In this document: piece after piece, positions 55,098 to 64,000 of the stretch
Numbering within the stretch: the first letter of the stretch is position 1
Layout: each line of letters opens with the position of its first letter
Notes under the pieces: model-generated
Databases searched by the model: none
Seen by the model: only the letters and a program-made list of their open reading frames with translations
Told to the model about the DNA's origin: nothing
Position numbers and translations under genes: made by a program
Assembly (NCBI RefSeq): GCF_000981445.1
Contig: NC_027219.1
Span: forward strand, 558,001 to 622,000
Direction: 5' to 3'
Length of the DNA stretch: 64,000 nucleotides
Source of the DNA: Babesia bigemina
Lineage: Eukaryota

Positions 55098-55956
55098 TCA
55101 TATCACTCGGCGCCTCTTGCGGATCTTGATGCGCTTGGTCTTGTACTGGTTCCAGTAGATACCGGCGTCCTTCTTTCGGATGCCGATCTTGCCGACTATG
55201 CGATTGAACTGTTCGCGACGTAGATCGTCTCGGTGCGACAGGAGAAGCGGTACACTCGGTGGCAGGATGGAGCAATTAGCAAATAACGGTCCCAGGGCGA
55301 GTCTCGCTATCGGGGACGAATCCGGCATAGAATTGCACTTCAAATATGTATTTGCGTACAAACCTTCCATGGGAGGTGTGGTAAGCCTAGAAGGCGCGTT
55401 CAACTGGGATAACCAGGTCAGACGATGGCCATACACATCCCGGCGCAGCATCGATACACACCGAGCAGCCATCGCAGAGGCACTATCCACGCTGCCCAGC
55501 GTCAACGTACCATGTGATGTGCAATTGGATAGTTTGGCAACTAAAACAGCTCCGGAGGGTAGGGGCCGGTGTGCTTCTACCGGCGATGAGAGGCGAGTTA
55601 CCGGACGACCGCCATACAACATCCAAAGTCGGTTGTTGCCATGCACATATGATCGAATGGTGTTAGAAATTGGTTTGTGTGTAGTTTCGATCGGTACATG
55701 AGAGGCGCATTGAATCAACCCATCCAGCGTCAACGTATGGACATGGAGCTGGTCGTTCAGCGCACGAATACAGCCCATATGGTCTGGCCGAATGCTGTGC
55801 AACAACCTGTGTATACGATGTGTACAAAATGAGTGTATACGACAGATGTTGGCTGCTTTTGCCGCTATTATAGTCAGCGTTAAAATCGGCCAACAACATC
55901 CACGAACGTTTTAATTTCAATATAATACGCCACCGTGGAGCCATTGGCGTCGACAT
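55098..55956 (-). CDS. Hypothetical protein with a short, highly basic C-terminus (organellar ribosomal protein candidate)
   Basis: ORF 55098-55805 ends GIRKKDAGIYWNQYKTKRIKIRKRRRVI. The 5' exon is joined by a predicted ~34-nt intron; start uncertain. Confidence 0.5.
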
Positions 55957-56263
55957 TCAACTCTAATATGCCAATGAGGGTTCATATGGGCGTATATGTG
56001 GGTGCGCAAGCCACAGCTGCGGTTATTGATTGGCAAAATCACAATGCCTAACGTCAGCCGTATCGCACAAGTTCCTTGGCCATATTTCAACAAAAATACG
56101 TATGCGCCCTCCAACGTTTGGCAAACCAATATGATCAATTGTCTCCTTGAGTTCGGTAGCAGGTACATGCAAATAACGAAATGACCTTTATAGGTCCTAG
56201 GATGTTCTTTAAAACTTAAGGCACGATGTTCGTTACCAACATCTTCCACATGAACTACGTAAC

Positions 56264-56794
56264 CTAATTTTTCGACGAAACATCACCAGATGCAAAACGC
56301 TGTGTTGTAGAGCGAACGATCTTGCGCGCTGCCGTCAGATTTATCCTCGGGCGCTTCTCTGTTCACAATTAGAGCTAATCATCGAATTGTCGTCACTTAC
56401 CCCGCAGCATAATGTCGTTGATTTCCTGCATGTACTCCTTTACACGCACCTGCGACTAATGGTCAGCTGAGCTAGCAATGCATACCAGGTCACGAGATAC
56501 TGGATGGTTAGCAGGGTTGTGTCCGTTCAGTTTCTCTTGGACTGAAATGAGATGAGTGGCTCAGCTGGCGACAGGTCTACCCACCGTAACGCAGAGAACA
56601 AAAAGTGAATGCGATAGTGGCGAACACTTTGCTATACTCGAGCCCTGTGGCACGTAAGCAATCGGTAGGCAATCAAACACACCGGTCAGCTCGTCGTGAA
56701 TGTCGGAGCCAATGACAGACTCCACAAGCTGCTCCAGCAGATCCCGGCATTCGTCTACCTTTGACTCAATAGTGGACAGGGTAGAATCCAGCAT
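56264..56794 (-). CDS. C1D/Rrp47 (Sas10/C1D family) exosome cofactor, 5 exons
   Basis: Spliced product LEYSKV...AFTFCSL......NGHNPANHPVSRDLVRVKEYMQEI...RPRINLTAARKIV matches the C1D pattern G..P..HPV..EL.R...YM....AA.RF. Confidence 0.8.
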
Positions 56795-57189
56795 GCTTTA
56801 ACAGCTAAATGACCGCAACTGTACACAGCTTGGTCATTTGTACATCTGTGGAAGCTCGGTGCAAGAGATTCCAGTGAATTTGCGCGCTTAGGCCCTATCA
56901 CCGCGATGCTGGGATGTGTAAAATTCTATGAGGATTCCTGACATCAACTACGACACTGAATTTTCACAGGGAAGACTGCATAAAAGTACGATCAAAATAT
57001 ACAAACGACCTGCGCCAGTGCCTGCCGACACTGGCCGTTCGCCGCGGAGCATACCGGCGTGCCACATAAGGCAGGAGCCGCGCTCCTCCTAGCGGCGACT
57101 GTCACTGAGCCTTGGGTAGACAGGACTCAGGGGATATTCGCGTCATCCGTGGCAATTGTCAGACGATCAGAAGGAACCTAGGTCTCAAA

Positions 57190-58934
57190 ATGACCATGAG
57201 CACGATGCGAGGCTTCGCCGCCGCGATGGTGAGGCAAGCCTATCCCGGACTCGGAGGCGTAGAGGCCGGGAAACACGCAACCAGAAAGGCGATTCGCAAC
57301 TGCGCCCTTTCTGGGATCCGGGGCGCGCGCACAATTTCGACCGCCACCGAACTCCTGAAGGACTCCAAAATTATCAGCCAATTCTTGAACCAGGCTCCAT
57401 GCGGTATGTGCCCAAACGAGTGCCAAACAAAGGTGTGCAGAGGTTACCACGCTCAAAAATGGGCTCCGCGTTGCTTCCGTATGGATGCCAGGGAACTCGT
57501 CCACAGTCGGCGTATGGATCGACAGCGGCAGCAGATTCGAAACCCCGGAGACGAACGGCGCAGCCCACTTCCTCGAGCACATGATATTCAAGGTGAGCGT
57601 GAGCCCGCAGTGTGGCATACGTGCGCAGGGCACCTCGAACAGGACGAGGTTACAGCTGGAGGAGGAGATCGAGCAGAAGGGGGCGCACCTGAATGCCTAC
57701 ACTGCCAGGGAGCAGACGGGGTATGTCGCGATTCCGCATGGAGAGCTAATTCCTCCGCAGTTACTACGCGAGATGCTTCAACAAAGACGTGCCCTGGTGC
57801 ACTGAGCTACTCAGCGACATCCTGCAGAACAGCCGGATCGAGCAAAATCAAATGGAGCTAGAAAAGCACGTCATTCTCAGAGAAATGGAGGAGGTCGAGA
57901 AGTCGACTGAGGAGGTTATCTTCGACAGGCTCCACATGACGGCGTTCCGCGACAGCCCGCTGGGATTCACGATACTGGTATGCCTCTCCATTGTGCCGGC
58001 AAACTGCTGCAGGGTCCCATCGAAAACATAAAGAACATGAAGAGGGAGTATCTGGTCGATTACATTCAGCGGAACTACACTGCCGATCGCATGGTAGGGA
58101 GTCGCAACGCAGCCGCCATTCGAATGCAGGTTTTTTGCTACGTCGGAAGTGAGGAGCACGACAAGATCGTACAGCTCGCCGAAAAGCACTTGTGCACCGT
58201 GAGTAGGGCTGCGTTGTTGATTGACATGAACACAGATACCATCCGGCCACGGCGAGAGGCACCTGGAAAAGCCGCAGTTCGTAGGGTCCGAGCTGCTCAA
58301 CAGGAACGACAGCATGGGCCCGCACGCGTACCTGGCTGTGGCGTTCGAGGGCGTCTCCTGGACCAACCCAGACTCCATTTGCTTCATGCTCATGCAGAGC
58401 ATCATCGGCAGCTACAAGAAAAGCCAGGAGGGCATTGTCCCAGGAAAGGTGTCCGGAAACAAGACTGTGCACGCTGTCGCCAACCGAATGACGGTCGGGT
58501 GTGCGGAGGCTTTCAGCGCATTCAACACCTGCTACAAGGATACCGGGCTTTTCGGCTTCTACGCACAGTGCGACGAGGTCGCCGTCGACCATTGCGTCGG
58601 AGAACTCATGTTCGGAATCACCGCGCTATCGTACAGCGTCACCGACGAGGAGGTCGAGCGCGCGAAGCGCCAGCTCGTGTTGCAATTCCTCGCGATGAAC
58701 GATTCGACGTCAACTGTCGCCGAGGAGGTTGCGCGCCAGCTCATCGTCTATGGCAGGCGCATGCCGATTGCGGAGTTCCTCATCAGACTGGAGAAAATCG
58801 ACGCGGAGGAGGTCAAGCGGGTGGCGTGGAAGTACCTGCACGACCAGGAGGTGGCAGTGACGGCAATGGGGCCGCTGCACGGCATGCCTTCGCTCATCGA
58901 CATCAGGCAGAAGACCTACTGGCTCAGATACTGA
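57190..58934 (+). CDS. Mitochondrial processing peptidase beta subunit (M16), multi-exon
   Basis: TVGVWIDSGSRFET..NGAAHFLEHMIFK (HxxEH), HLNAYT.REQT, FNTCYKDTGLFGFY, C-terminal YWLRY, and a presequence-like N-terminus. Confidence 0.95.
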
Positions 58935-59031
58935 GCAACCACGCAAACCAACAACATACAATTGCACCTAAATGATTTGTATAAATTAGAAGCGAACGTT
59001 TTTGCTGTGCGCGTCTGGCAACTAAGTGGCG

Positions 59032-61428
59032 CTACTGCTCTATCACACTCAACAGGCGGTAGAAGTTGTTGTAATCCATAATTGCCGCGAAGCGCCGGCG
59101 CTCCGAGTCCTGGCACGACAACCGGTGCAGCAGCAGCAGCACGCTTTCCCGGAAGCGCTCCGCGTACCTCGACATCACCTTCATCAAATCGTCTGTGGCG
59201 ATGTTTTGGTGGATGAAGTGAGTGATGTCCGCCGGGGAGGCGCCCTCGCGGACTAGGCTGCGCAACTGTTGCATCGAGCCGCGGTTGAACAGCCGCGGAA
59301 CCAACTTGCAAAAGTCCACGATAGACTCCAAAATATCCATTATCTCTAGGAAGTTGGAGGCGCGGAAACAGGCCAACACGTCGGAAAACGAGCTCCGCAA
59401 ATCGGCAAGAGTAGCGCCGCCGTAGGGGTAGTCGCGAGACGATACACGCCGGATCAGCTGGTCCAGCACGTACTGCACTGAACGGCTGCCTTGCAAGACG
59501 TTGGCGAAGTGGGACATCTCGTTACGACATAGGTTTATCCAAGACAGACGCCGAGAGAGCTCAAGCGACCCGTGGCTGCAGCGACTGTGCCACGCATACT
59601 CGCTCCAGCTGATGGACAAAATCTTCAACGCGCGCTGCAGGACGAACTCTAGCCTAAAACTGATAATATATGCCTCCCGTGCCTCCTTCTCGTCTTCCAG
59701 AATCAGCGCCAACGGAAACGAAAATTTCGGCACGTAAATGTCGAAGCCGTACTCCGCGTTACACTCAAAGTCGTCAAACTCGGGTGCACTGGGGTCAGAC
59801 CCGAGATGTTCCATGGCCAAATGGCCCTTGACGCGACGCAAATAACCGCAGAGGTCGTGCTTACCGACCAACTCCTGCAACAACACGGCACCAGTGTCAA
59901 CGGAACGCACCAAGGTGCAAAGGCGCTGCACCGTTACAAAAACGGACCACGGTTGCCCTTCGGGGCACAGCTGGCGCAAGACGCCGGGGATGTCGACTGA
60001 CGCTTTCAGAGGACGGCCATTCTTCAATTGGGAGTAGTAGCTGCCGCAGCACCCAACCTCGAAGCAGAGCTCAGCGAGGGACCTCGGCATAAATTTCGGC
60101 ACCTTGCTCGGGGCCAACCGATAGTGGCCCTGCACCCGACGCACGAAAAACACCCCGCATGCATCCTCCAGCTCGCCAAAGTACACCCAGTGGAGCAAAA
60201 GCTCCAAATACGGCACCATGCACTTACGAAGCAGCTCGCAGTACAGCTCGCGCCCCATGGTATCACCACGTCCGCAGTACAGGTCAAAGATGCCATCGAT
60301 AGTAAAGCCTTGCGGTAGCCCGAGAGCGCTGTGAAGCAGCCGCATGCGCGCGTACGGTTGCTGCACCCAGACGTAAAGCCGGCGCAAGCTCAGCGGCTCA
60401 GTGCTGCGGCTCGACACCAACATGTTGACCAGCCGATTGTACTGGTGCACCTCGTCCATCACACCCTGGTACAGAGCCTGCGATATCAATCCTGGCGGCA
60501 TCTTCGCATCCACGATTCGGTTGTATACCTCGCCTAAACTGCATATGCGCTCGGTCAGCTGACGCACGCCACGCGACACCTTGCGAGAGCTCGTCAGGAT
60601 GAAACGGCCATGAGCGCCCCGTTTTATGAACCGCCCTTCAATGCCTTGAAGCACAAACAACAGGTCAGACACCAGGTCGGCCTCATCGATCTCTGCGAAC
60701 TCGAAACGGTCCGTTACCACGCGAGATGCCACGGGGTCCTCGGCCTGGACCCCAGCCGCAGGGCTCAGAGCAGGGTCGGAATCGATAGTTTCTGGCGACG
60801 CATAACCCGAGGAGCCATCTGATGACGGCGCCACTTCGATTGGCTGGGAAGGTGCGGGTGATGCCGCGGTCGCCGTTGGCGGACTGTGTTGCGATAGTGG
60901 GCTGGGCGGCAGGGAGTCTTCCCCGAGCTCGTCTCTAAGCATGGGTGAAGTCCGCATGCGAATCGGACCACCGCCATCTTTGAGGTGCAAGAGGAGCTGC
61001 AGGCTCGCCGGCAGACGTTCAAAGGATTGCATGCCAGCGTACAAAAGGCCCTTCAAACGACGAAGCGACACATTGGAACGGTCGACGCAAAATAATTCCA
61101 AATCCCTCGCAATACGATTCGTGTCGATCTCTACCACTTCCAGCTCGGCGCATTCGGCCAAAAGGCGCATCGTCGTCTCTTCCAAGTGCCGCTGCAAGCT
61201 GGCGTGGAGTCTCACGATGTGGCCGGTTGAACGTGCGGATCCGGAAACACTGCCGCCGCCGGCGGAATTAAGAGACCGAGACGTGTTCAGAGTGTCCAGA
61301 TTGTAGAGCACGATGTCATCTTTGTTTATCTGCGACAAGTGGTAGGCGAGCAGCATCACCTCCCTCGCCAAGAAGGCGCCGCCGGGAGCGGAATCTGAAC
61401 GGGAGCGCTGCCTCCCGTCAGACCGCAT
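59032..61428 (-). CDS. Gamma-tubulin complex component (Spc97/Spc98, GCP3-like), intronless
   Basis: EADLVSDLLFVLQGIEGRFI, LSLRRLYVW, PYL..L.HWVY.GEL.D..G.FFV, VPKFM, FPL.LIL.....Y...F, M.HF, and a terminal MDYNNFY. Confidence 0.85.
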   Translation of the reverse strand: MRSDGRQRSRSDSAPGGAFLAREVMLLAYHLSQINKDDIVLYNLDTLNTSRSLNSAGGGSVSGSARSTGHIVRLHASLQRHLEETTMRLLAECAELEVVEIDTNRIARDLELFCVDRSNVSLRRLKGLLYAGMQSFERLPASLQLLLHLKDGGGPIRMRTSPMLRDELGEDSLPPSPLSQHSPPTATAASPAPSQPIEVAPSSDGSSGYASPETIDSDPALSPAAGVQAEDPVASRVVTDRFEFAEIDEADLVSDLLFVLQGIEGRFIKRGAHGRFILTSSRKVSRGVRQLTERICSLGEVYNRIVDAKMPPGLISQALYQGVMDEVHQYNRLVNMLVSSRSTEPLSLRRLYVWVQQPYARMRLLHSALGLPQGFTIDGIFDLYCGRGDTMGRELYCELLRKCMVPYLELLLHWVYFGELEDACGVFFVRRVQGHYRLAPSKVPKFMPRSLAELCFEVGCCGSYYSQLKNGRPLKASVDIPGVLRQLCPEGQPWSVFVTVQRLCTLVRSVDTGAVLLQELVGKHDLCGYLRRVKGHLAMEHLGSDPSAPEFDDFECNAEYGFDIYVPKFSFPLALILEDEKEAREAYIISFRLEFVLQRALKILSISWSEYAWHSRCSHGSLELSRRLSWINLCRNEMSHFANVLQGSRSVQYVLDQLIRRVSSRDYPYGGATLADLRSSFSDVLACFRASNFLEIMDILESIVDFCKLVPRLFNRGSMQQLRSLVREGASPADITHFIHQNIATDDLMKVMSRYAERFRESVLLLLHRLSCQDSERRRFAAIMDYNNFYRLLSVIEQ

Positions 61429-61547
61429 TGTGTATATGTTTAGTGTACAAACACATTAGACGAGGTGTGACCGTGGCTACCTTTATCGTCAGTGTGTGGG
61501 ACACACACTATAGACAACGGGCGAAGGCCGACAGACATATAATGCCG

Positions 61548-63853
61548 CTAGGCCTTCCCGCCAGTTTTTAGACCTAAGTTGAAGGTCTCCGATAAATACG
61601 AGGCGGCGCTCTGCAGGACGTCAAACGTCTTGGTGTCCGTGAGCGGAGTGATGTCGCTGTCGTTCACACCCGGGTCGCTGGGGTCGCGCAGCAGCGCGAT
61701 GCCCGTGTCGTCAGACAATACCGTCATCGAGCGCTCGAAGCCGAACGTGCGGCGGTACACCAGCGGGCCGTAATCCTCTTTGCCCAGCACCGACGACAGA
61801 GGCATGTCGGAGTCGCCTGCGCTCAACTGCCCATACTTCATAGCGTTCAAGGTGTTCAGGCGGCGCGTCTCCGCCAAAGCGGGGTTTAGCTTGATCATGC
61901 CGATGTACTGCCCTCCCATCTCACCGTTCTCCTGCTCGTCGCCGGCGGTGGTAACCGCACGAGGCGTAACCGAGAAACATGTATCATCCACCTGGTCCTC
62001 GATTGTCCCAGTTATGCCGCTTAGGCGGGTTGGAGGGGCATTCAGATCCTCTATGCGGGCCGCCAGACTTAAGTTCTCGGTGGTTAACTCGTCAATTTTT
62101 GCCTGCAGCTCAGAGTTGCAGGTGCGATATTCATACAGCTGCCTCTCGAGATCACGTGTGCCAGCCACTTCGGCTTCCATCTGGCTGCATTTCTGGCGCA
62201 GCAGCTTCAACGCAGTTTCAGCCACCTCGGTGGCCTTCCTCGACGCCGCTATTTCCCGTTCCAAGTCCGACTTGGCGCATAGCAGCTCGCTACGCTCAGA
62301 TTCCGCAACTTCCCCCTCAGAGCGGAGGGATTCCACAAGCTCACGCAGTGAGCTCACCTCTGTCTCAAGTGACAGTATCTTTGACTGCAACGCCTGCTGC
62401 CCAGCAGCGTGGCTGTCTGCTGGCACTGAACACTTCAGCCTTTCGGCCGCCACCTCGTTATCTCGCAAAGCGGCCGCCAGGTCACGCGATAGATCCTTCT
62501 CCCGTTTCACCATGTCCTCAAACGCCTTTGAAAGCTCTGCATTCTCAGCGCGGAATCGTTGAATCTCGCTCAGCATAGTTGCACGTTCGTCGGAGGCATG
62601 CCAAGCATCCTCAGGCAATACACTTGAGGTGGTGGGCTCAACGTATTCGATGTCGTCACCGACGCACACATCAGTGCGGTCGGTATGGTTGGAAGATGCC
62701 AAGCTGCGGCGCGCTTCAGCCTCTTCCAGCGAACGTCGTAAATCGACATTCATCTTCTCAAGGCTCGCGCACTGGCTCCTGACGGTCTGGATCTCGTCCT
62801 CCAGCCTCGCGGAGTCACATGAGTCTAGACGCCTCTTGAGGTTCATCACCTGGATCCGGTAGCTGTCTAATTCGATCTCCTGGGATTCCGTCTGACGCTG
62901 CAGCATTGAGTTGCTTTCCACCAGCTGGTCACACCGCGATTGCAACTCGATTCTGCCCGCAGCCAACTCGCTGCGCAGCTCGTCAAGCTGCTTCTCCCTG
63001 CTTTCGCACTCGGCTTCCAGTTGCTCCCGCTGCGTCGTCAACTCGTCGATGCGCTCGCAGAAGCGGTTGTAGATCTCGGGAAGGCAAACGTCCAGGTTCT
63101 CAAGTAATTGGCGATAACGTTCCTCTGACGAGACGGCGCTGCGACACGACGCAACGCTGCTCATGAAAGATCGGGAGGAGTCCACGGGGTCTGAATCCTC
63201 GTCGCTCTCAAAAGCGGTGCACGTAGATATCGTGCAGAGGTTGCTGGTTACCTGCGGACGGTAGCTGAAACGTTGGCACAGGTGGCCAAAAATCATATCG
63301 GAGACGTGGGTGACCTCAATGTCGCCCTTGGAAAATGTGCGATGAGAATTTTCGCGAACCCGCAACCAAAATTCCGGCAGGTCGCTGCTCTTGTTGCAAC
63401 AGTCGATCACCGAAAGAAAAGCGGTGAGAGACATTCGAGAGGTCTGCTTAAGCAGCTCGTCGCGAAAATGACGAACGCTCCTAAGCAGCGCATCATCCGC
63501 GAACAGAGCTTTTTGCAAGTCTAGTCTGCGCGATCCAGTTATCACCGGCTCCGGCCCAGTGACCACGTCTTCTACCCCTACACATGGATGTATAAATGCG
63601 TTCAGAGTATGGGACTACGCCTATGAACCGTTTTGAAACACTCACCTCGCCAGAATCGTATAAAGCATACGCTTTCGCACGGATTCGGCGGCACGCCAAA
63701 GGCCTGGTGAAAATTGTCATACTTGCTGAGTTCTCCGAACACATCACTGCTCTCGTACAGCATACGCTGTAGCGTATGCGCGTTCGCAGGCTGCAGAGTA
63801 TCCTCGATGTCGGCAGCAACCGTCCGCCGATAGAGCGACAGCAGCGCCTCCAT
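61548..63853 (-). CDS. Long coiled-coil hypothetical protein (at least 2 exons)
   Basis: 672-aa E/L/R/S-rich heptad ORF (61548-63566). Probable first exon MEALLSLY...FIRFWR ends at a GTGAGT donor. Confidence 0.7.
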
Positions 63854-64000
63854 TCCTACAAGGTAATGTGTACGTCGCTCCTAGTTCATCTCATATGTAC
63901 ATGCGTATGTAAAATAACCAAATGGGTTGCGGCACGACGACCGGGCCGCAACGTGGAGAGTGGGTGTTACGTCCGGCATGAGACGGCATGACCAACACCA

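Noticed and set aside
6632..58934. Numerous apparent frameshifts between adjacent ORF fragments
   Set aside because: Those examined are explained by ~33-40-nt GT-AG introns, not by programmed frameshifting or pseudogenisation.

Overview
Eukaryotic, gene-dense DNA with many very short (~33-40 nt) spliceosomal introns, from a piroplasmid apicomplexan. Babesia sensu stricto (B. bigemina/B. ovata-like) is inferred from a ves/VESA-related gene and a 6-Cys family gene. The first ~6.6 kb is a gene-sparse, more AT-rich accessory block holding a 5'-truncated multi-domain 6-Cys (s48/45) gene and a short VESA1-related gene. The remainder is a core region of about 28 genes: TYW1, apicoplast RpoA, UBA2, repeat-expanded ADA2, a PDI-like protein, CstF77, DUF760, a secreted acidic protein, ArfGAP, an alveolin/IMC protein, bL32, a SpoU methylase, Rae1, an RBBP4-like WD40, two large intronless secreted proteins, HisRS, DDX24, FSH1, DAP3/mS29, a CLK kinase, a degenerate 2OG-Fe(II) oxygenase-like gene, C1D, MPP-beta, a gamma-tubulin complex protein and a coiled-coil protein. 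No rRNA, tRNA, CRISPR array or mobile element was recognised. I found no clearly new multi-gene system. The best leads are a tandem pair of secreted proteins with FAINT-like modules, a PHD-type pseudo-oxygenase, an apicoplast DUF760 protein, co-oriented genes only 8 and 14 nt apart, and several splice-level oddities. Gene models were spliced by eye, coordinates span introns, and family calls rest on recalled motifs rather than database searches.
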